Below, in pieces: positions 25,314-32,000 of a DNA stretch of 32,000 nucleotides. A model generated the notes under the pieces. The model made no database searches. It saw nothing but the letters and a program-made list of their open reading frames with translations, and was not told the origin of the DNA. Position numbers and translations under genes: made by a program. The stretch is from Delftia acidovorans NBRC 14950 (GTDB lineage Bacteria > Pseudomonadota > Gammaproteobacteria > Burkholderiales > Burkholderiaceae_C): NCBI RefSeq assembly GCF_001598795.1, contig NZ_BCZP01000014.1:60001-92000 (forward strand). The letters run 5' to 3'. The first letter of the stretch is position 1, and every line of letters begins with the position of its first letter.

Positions 25314-26696
25314 TCAGCGGCCGCTGGCTGTATGGGCGCGCGACAGCGCAAGGGCGCGGTCCACCATCTGCGGGGCCTCGCCCAGGTAGTTGCGCGGGTC
25401 GGTGAGGCGCTGCAGCGCCGCGCGGTCGAAATGGGCCGTGACTTCGGGCAGGCGGGCCAGCGCATCGGCCAGCGTGCCGCCCTCGGCGTTGACGCTGCGG
25501 CAGGCGGCATAGACGATGTCGTGCGCCTGCTGGCGGCCCGTGTGCGGGGCCAGGCCCATCATCACGGCCTCGGCCACGATCAGGCCGTCGGTCATGTCCA
25601 GGTTGCGGGCCATGCGTTCGGGATCGACGATGAGGCCGCCCAGCATGAAGCGCGCCTGGTGCAGGGCGCCAGCCGAGAGCACGAAGCTCTCGGGCAGGGC
25701 CACCCATTCGGCGTGCCAGGGGCCGGTGGCGCGCTCCAGGTCCTGGACCATGGCGTCCAGCATCAGGCCCGCATGCTGGCGCACGGCCTTGGAGGCGGCC
25801 AGCATCAGCTCGCTGGAGATGGCGTTGCGCTTTTGCGGCATGGTGCTGCTGGCGCCGCGCCCGGTGACGAAGGGCTCGAACACCTCGCCGAACTCGGTGG
25901 AGGACAGAAGCATCACGTCGTAGGCGATCTTGCCCAGCGAGCCGGTGACCAGGGCCAGGAAATTCACCGCTTCGGCCAAGCCGTCGCGCGCCACATGCCA
26001 GGTGGTGGCGGGCACGCCCAGGCCCAGTTCTTCCATGAGCAATTGCTGCACTTCCAGGCCCCGGCCGCTCAGCGAGGCCAGCGTGCCTGCCGCCCCCGCG
26101 AACTGGCCCACCAGCACGCGCGGGCGCAGTTCCTTCAGGCGCTGGGCATGGCGGTCGAACATGGCCAGCCAGATGGCGGCCTTGTAGCCGAAGGTGATGG
26201 GCAGGGCGTGCTGCAGGTGCGTGCGGCCGGCCATGGGCGTGTCGCGGTGGCGTTCTGCCAGGTCGGCCAGGATGGTGCGCAGCGCGGCGATGTCGGCATC
26301 GACCAGGTCCAGCGCATCGCGCACCTGCAGCACGGTGGCCGTGTCCATGATGTCCTGGGTGGTGGCGCCCCAGTGGATGTAGCGGCCTGCGTCGCCGCAC
26401 TGTTTCACCAGCTGGTGCACCAGCGGCAGGATGGGGTAGCCGACAATGTCGGTTTCCTTGCGCAGCAGCTCGAAGTCCAGCGCTTCGAGGCTGCAGCGCT
26501 GCGCGATCTCGTGTGCGGCCTCGGCCGGAATCACGCCGCAGCGGCCCTGGGCGCGCGCCAGCGCGACCTCGACCTCGATGTAGCGCGACACCAGCGCGCT
26601 GTCGGCGAAGATGGCGCGCATGGCGGGGGTGCCGAAGGCGTCGCGGAACAGCAGCGAGTCGATGGCGGTGCTGGAGGTGAAGGACGGAAGGGTCAT
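25314..26696 (-). CDS. Adenylosuccinate-lyase / 3-carboxy-cis,cis-muconate cycloisomerase (PcaB)-like lyase, fumarase-aspartase superfamily (460 aa).
   Basis: MTLPSFTSSTAIDSLLFRDAFGTPAMRAIF... plus HWGATTQDIMDTATVLQVRDA, GRTHLQHALPITFG and the signature GASSTMPQKRNA. The track ORF starts at TTG 26711; ATG 26696 is preferred. Confidence 0.85.
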   Translation of the reverse strand: MTLPSFTSSTAIDSLLFRDAFGTPAMRAIFADSALVSRYIEVEVALARAQGRCGVIPAEAAHEIAQRCSLEALDFELLRKETDIVGYPILPLVHQLVKQCGDAGRYIHWGATTQDIMDTATVLQVRDALDLVDADIAALRTILADLAERHRDTPMAGRTHLQHALPITFGYKAAIWLAMFDRHAQRLKELRPRVLVGQFAGAAGTLASLSGRGLEVQQLLMEELGLGVPATTWHVARDGLAEAVNFLALVTGSLGKIAYDVMLLSSTEFGEVFEPFVTGRGASSTMPQKRNAISSELMLAASKAVRQHAGLMLDAMVQDLERATGPWHAEWVALPESFVLSAGALHQARFMLGGLIVDPERMARNLDMTDGLIVAEAVMMGLAPHTGRQQAHDIVYAACRSVNAEGGTLADALARLPEVTAHFDRAALQRLTDPRNYLGEAPQMVDRALALSRAHTASGR

Positions 26697-26741
26697 GGTG
26701 CGCAATTGCAATTAAGTTCGGACATATCGATATTTTTATTT

Positions 26742-26753
26742 ATGTACGTACAT
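26742..26753. promoter_or_regulatory. Candidate GntR/HutC-type operator: perfect 12-bp palindrome ATGTACGTACAT in a divergent promoter region.
   Basis: It lies in the 97-bp AT-rich gap between the lyase operon start (26696) and the GntR start (26794). It contains GT..AC half-site symmetry. Two further palindromes are nearby: GCAATTGC at 26702-26709 and ATATCGATAT at 26724-26733. Confidence 0.4.
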
Positions 26754-26793
26754 TACGAACATCCGGGTTTGCCTGGGGTGAGGGCCTGCGCCC

Positions 26794-27536
26794 ATGGCTG
26801 AGACACGCTATGCCCAGGTGGCGCGCGACCTGTCCGAGCGCATTGCCTCGGGTGAATACGCCGTGGGCGCCCTGCTGCCCACCGAGCTGGAGCTGTGCGA
26901 CCGCTATGGCGTGAGCCGCCACACCGTGCGCGCGGCGATTGCCGAGCTGCAGCAGTCAGGGCTGGTATCGCGGCGCAAGAAGGTGGGCACGCGCGTGGAG
27001 GCGGCGCAGCCCCATGCGCACTACCGCCAGGCGCTGACCTCGCTGGAGGACCTGGTGCAGTTCGGCGCCACCCATGTGCGCGAGGTGCGGCGCATCGAGG
27101 AGGTGGTGCTGGACCAGGACCTGGCCGCCGAGCTGGACTGCCCGGCCGGCAGCCGCTGGCTGGCCATCTGCAGCCTGCGCCGCGACGGCGCCGCGCCGCA
27201 CCTGCCCATTGCCTGGACCGTGGTCTATGTGGATGCGCAGCGCTTTGACACGCAGGAACTGGCCCAGCGCGTGCGCGCCGCGCCCGAGTTGCTGGTCAGC
27301 AGCCTGCTGGAGCAGCAATACGGCCTGCGCATCGCGCGGGTGCGGCAGGCCGTGGTGGGAGCGCTCATTCCGGATGCGCTGTCGGAGGAATTGCAGGCCC
27401 CGGCCGGGTCAGCGGCGCTGAAGATCGTGCGCCGCTATCTGGATACCGATGGGGAGTTGATGGACCTCAGCGTGACCTTGCACCCGGCCAGCCGCTACAC
27501 CTTGCACACGCAGCTGGACCGGGATCTGGCGAGCGT

Positions 27537-27540
<4 letters not shown>
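26794..27540 (+). CDS. GntR-family transcriptional regulator (HutC/UTRA-type architecture), 248 aa.
   Basis: N-terminal winged helix: YAQVARDLSERIASGEYAVGALLPTELELCDRYGVSRHTVRAAIAELQQSGLVSRRKKVGTRV. It is divergent from the lyase/Bug/fumC operon. Confidence 0.88.
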
Positions 27541-29393
<1,853 letters not shown>

Positions 29394-29631
29394 GATTTTT
29401 TTACTCCTTGGTCAGGCCATCGTAGGCCAGAGTCGGGTTTGCCCGATGCGCGTTCAGCATGACCTTGGGCCGCAACATGTTTTGTAAGAAATCTCCACAC
29501 AACTGTCCTACGCGTGGGTTCGCGCCCGGATTTCAGTGCAGGGGGAACACGGCGCCGTGGGGAAGATTGTCCGCGTCCGGTGCCGCTTCGTTGTGCGCGA
29601 ATGGGGAATGCAGCATGCCGCTGGCGGCAAC

Positions 29632-29655
29632 AAAAAAGGCCTCTTGCGAGGCCTT
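29632..29655 (-). terminator. Rho-independent terminator downstream of cysK.
   Basis: On the minus strand, AAGGCCTC-GCAA-GAGGCCTT is followed by TTTTTT. On the plus strand this reads AAAAAAGGCCTCTTGCGAGGCCTT. It lies ~50 nt after the cysK stop. Confidence 0.7.
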
Positions 29656-29706
29656 GTGTTTCATGCCGCAGTGCAGTGCACTGCAGCGGACGGGGCTTGC
29701 CGCCGG

Positions 29707-30624
29707 TCAGGCCGGCAGGAAGCCTTCCACCGACAGGTAGCGCTCGCCCGTGTCGTAGTTGAAGCCCAGCACCTTGGCGCCTGCGGGCAGCTCGGGCAGC
29801 TTTTGCGCAATGGCGGCCAGCGTGGCGCCCGAGGAGATGCCGACCAGGATGCCTTCCTCGCGGGCCGAGCGGCGTGCGTACTCGCGCGCGGGTTCGGCCT
29901 CGACCTGGATCACGCCGTCCAGCAGGCTGGTGTCCAGGTTCTTGGGCACGAAGCCTGCGCCAATGCCCTGGATGGGGTGGGGCGAGGGCTGGCCGCCCGA
30001 GATCACGGGCGATGCGGCAGGCTCCACGGCAAAGACCTTGAGCTGGGGGAACCTGGCCTTGAGCACCTTGGCCACGCCGGTCAGGTGGCCGCCCGTGCCC
30101 ACGCCGGTGATCAGCACATCCAGGCCTTCGGGGAAGTCGGCCAGGATTTCCTGGGCCGTGGTGCGCACATGCACGTCGATGTTGGCGGGGTTCTCGAACT
30201 GCTGGGGAATCCAGGCGCCGGGCGTCTGGCTGGCCAGTTCCTGGGCGCGGGCGATGGCGCCCTTCATGCCCTTTTCCTTGGGCGTGAGGTCGAAGCTGGC
30301 GCCGTAGGCCAGCATCAGGCGGCGGCGCTCGATGCTCATGCTCTCGGGCATGACCAGCACCAGCTTGTAGCCCTTGACGGCGGCCACCAGGGCCAGGCCC
30401 ACGCCAGTGTTGCCGCTGGTGGGCTCGATGATGGTGCCGCCGGGCTGCAGGGCGCCGGACTTCTCGGCGTCCTCGACCATGGCCAGGGCGATGCGGTCCT
30501 TGATGGAGCCGCCGGGGTTGCCACGCTCGGACTTGATCCACACATTGGCACCGGCGCCGAACAGGCGGTTGATGCGCACATGGGGCGTGTTGCCAATCGT
30601 TTGCAGGATGTTGTCAGCTCTCAT
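29707..30624 (-). CDS. cysK: Cysteine synthase A (O-acetylserine sulfhydrylase), 305 aa.
   Basis: Start ATG 30624-30622 with GGAGGT upstream. [22 protein letters not shown]...[22 protein letters not shown]...[12 protein letters not shown]...GISSGA: the PLP-lysine motif and the family blocks. Confidence 0.92.
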   Translation of the reverse strand: MRADNILQTIGNTPHVRINRLFGAGANVWIKSERGNPGGSIKDRIALAMVEDAEKSGALQPGGTIIEPTSGNTGVGLALVAAVKGYKLVLVMPESMSIERRRLMLAYGASFDLTPKEKGMKGAIARAQELASQTPGAWIPQQFENPANIDVHVRTTAQEILADFPEGLDVLITGVGTGGHLTGVAKVLKARFPQLKVFAVEPAASPVISGGQPSPHPIQGIGAGFVPKNLDTSLLDGVIQVEAEPAREYARRSAREEGILVGISSGATLAAIAQKLPELPAGAKVLGFNYDTGERYLSVEGFLPA

Positions 30625-30764
30625 CGGACCTCCGCGAGTTGGGGTGGTGGTTGGACAGTCGGGGGTGGCGCGCAGACGCTGCGCGAAAACCAGGCATTCA
30701 TTGTGCACGCAGCTGTTCTATGCATGGGCTATATCGATATGGCCTGGACGGCTAACATCGCCGC

Positions 30765-31700
30765 ATGAATCTACGGTTCCTGGAAACCTTTGTCTTGCTG
30801 GCCGAGCTGCGCAATTTCCGCATGACGGCCGAGCGGCTGTACACCACGCAGGCCGCCGTCTCCAGCCGCATCGCCACGCTGGAGCAGGAGTTCGGCGTGC
30901 GCCTGTTCGACCGTGGCGTGCGCGAGGTCACGCTGACGGCCGACGGCGCCAAGGCCCTGGTCCATGCCGAGCGCATGCTGCGCCTCATGCGCGAGATGCG
31001 CGAAGACATGCTGGACAAGCAGGCCTATGCGGGCGTGATCCGCATCGGCGCCATCGAGTCCATCGTGCACAGCTGGTTTCCCGACTTTCTGGCGCTGCTG
31101 CAGCAGCGCTATCCGCGCCTGCAGGTGGAGATCGCCTGCGACACCACGCTGCACATGTCCGATCAATTGGTGAAGGGCCAGCTGGACCTGTCGCTGCAGG
31201 CCAAGCCCGTGACGGCGGCCGGCGTGGGCCATCTGTCGCTGGGTGAATTTCCCATGGCCTGGGTAGGCAGCCCCAAGCTGGGCATTGGCGACGAGACCCT
31301 GAGCCTGGCCGAGCTGGCGGCCTTTCCCATCATGTGCTTTGCGCGCGGCTCCGAGCCGTATGCGGTGATCGAGCAGTTGTTCTCCACCGAAAGCAGCGCC
31401 TCGGTGCACCTGAACTGCATCGCCTCGGTGGCGACCATGATCCGCGTGGTCTGCGACGGCCTGGGCGTGGCCGCCGTGCCGCCGGCCATCATCCAGCGCG
31501 AGCTGGCCGAGCAGCGCCTGCGCCTGCTGCGCGTGGACCGTGAGTTCCCCTCGCTGCCGCTGGTGGCCTGCTTTCGCAATGACCACCAGAACCCGCTGAC
31601 CGAAGTGGTGGCGCGCGCGGCCGAGGAGACCGCCGCCGCCTTTGCGCTGAACCACGGCCAGGCCGTGGCGCGGCTGCCGGGCAGCGGCCTGGGCGGCTAG
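30765..31700 (+). CDS. LysR-family transcriptional regulator (311 aa).
   Basis: HTH N-terminus MNLRFLETFVLLAELRNFRMTAERLYTTQAAVSSRIATLEQEFGVRLFDR. It is divergent from cysK. Confidence 0.9.
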   Translation: MNLRFLETFVLLAELRNFRMTAERLYTTQAAVSSRIATLEQEFGVRLFDRGVREVTLTADGAKALVHAERMLRLMREMREDMLDKQAYAGVIRIGAIESIVHSWFPDFLALLQQRYPRLQVEIACDTTLHMSDQLVKGQLDLSLQAKPVTAAGVGHLSLGEFPMAWVGSPKLGIGDETLSLAELAAFPIMCFARGSEPYAVIEQLFSTESSASVHLNCIASVATMIRVVCDGLGVAAVPPAIIQRELAEQRLRLLRVDREFPSLPLVACFRNDHQNPLTEVVARAAEETAAAFALNHGQAVARLPGSGLGG

Positions 31701-31720
31701 GCCCGAGGCCGCCTGGTCGA

Positions 31721-32000
31721 TCAGCCCTGCGCCGAAGCCAGCAGCTGCTCCACGGCCAGGGCCACGGACAGCAGTCGCCGGTCCTGCCCGCCGAGGCCGG
31801 CCAGGCTCAGGCCCACGGGCGCCTCGCCTGCGCGGTGGCAGGGCAGGGAGATGGCGCAGCCGTCGAGGAAGTTGATCAGCGTGGGGTTGCGCAGGATCAG
31901 GCCGTTGGCGCCGAAGTAGGCTTCGTCGCTCTGCGTGAGGTCGGCGATCTTCGGGGCGACCACGGGCACGGTGGGCATGACGATCAGGTCATGGTCGGCC
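31721..32000 (-). CDS. Amidase-signature family protein, C-terminal ~93 codons. The gene continues past the window end.
   Basis: The frame stays open upstream of the internal Met (hand-read ADHDLIV-MPTVPVVAPKIADL...). The tail NFLDGCAISLPCH..GEAPVGLSLAG is typical of amidase C-termini. Confidence 0.7.
   Translation of the reverse strand, partial: ADHDLIVMPTVPVVAPKIADLTQSDEAYFGANGLILRNPTLINFLDGCAISLPCHRAGEAPVGLSLAGLGGQDRRLLSVALAVEQLLASAQG

Noticed and set aside
25270-26400. An N-terminal extension making the Bug protein 707 aa (track ORF 24277..26400).
   Set aside because: The extension is antisense-frame read-through across the lyase gene. The Bug family start, with a signal peptide, is at ATG 25269.

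Overview
High-GC proteobacterial chromosome segment. The base composition, the Bug/TctC-type binding proteins and the REP-like palindromes suggest a Burkholderiales/Comamonadaceae-type betaproteobacterium, but this is inference only.

Accessory region (about 0.6-18.5 kb): a two-partner-secretion / contact-dependent inhibition (CDI) locus lying between core genes, an FAD oxidoreductase on the left and gamma-glutamyltransferase on the right. In order it contains:
- a short 654-aa TPS-domain exoprotein (1169-3133);
- a TpsB/CdiB outer-membrane transporter (3139-4836);
- a 3491-aa CdiA filament (4906-15381). Its last ~315 aa follow an LNNFL (VENN-like) pretoxin boundary and then shift to lower-GC codon usage;
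- a small acidic immunity candidate whose ATG shares one base with the cdiA stop (15381-15671).

Downstream of these is a strongly AT-rich ~2.8 kb tail containing:
- a perfect (CACAG)x20 microsatellite that has grown out of a fragment of a lipoprotein gene;
- two paralogous ~130-aa ORFs, each abutted by a truncated upstream coding remnant (orphan toxin-tail/immunity-like modules);
- an intact lipoprotein gene;
- two small multi-pass membrane proteins;
- a possible 3' remnant of a lipoprotein paralog.

The remaining ~13.5 kb is ordinary metabolism: ggt, a ~520-bp nested-palindrome repeat element, two Bug/TctC binding proteins, a GntR-associated operon with two fumarase/aspartase-superfamily lyases, an ABC exporter, cysK, a LysR regulator and the 3' end of an amidase.

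No rRNA, tRNA, CRISPR, integrase or transposase was recognised. Several very long ORFs in the track (for example the 3633-aa ORF antisense to cdiA) are high-GC3 artefacts.
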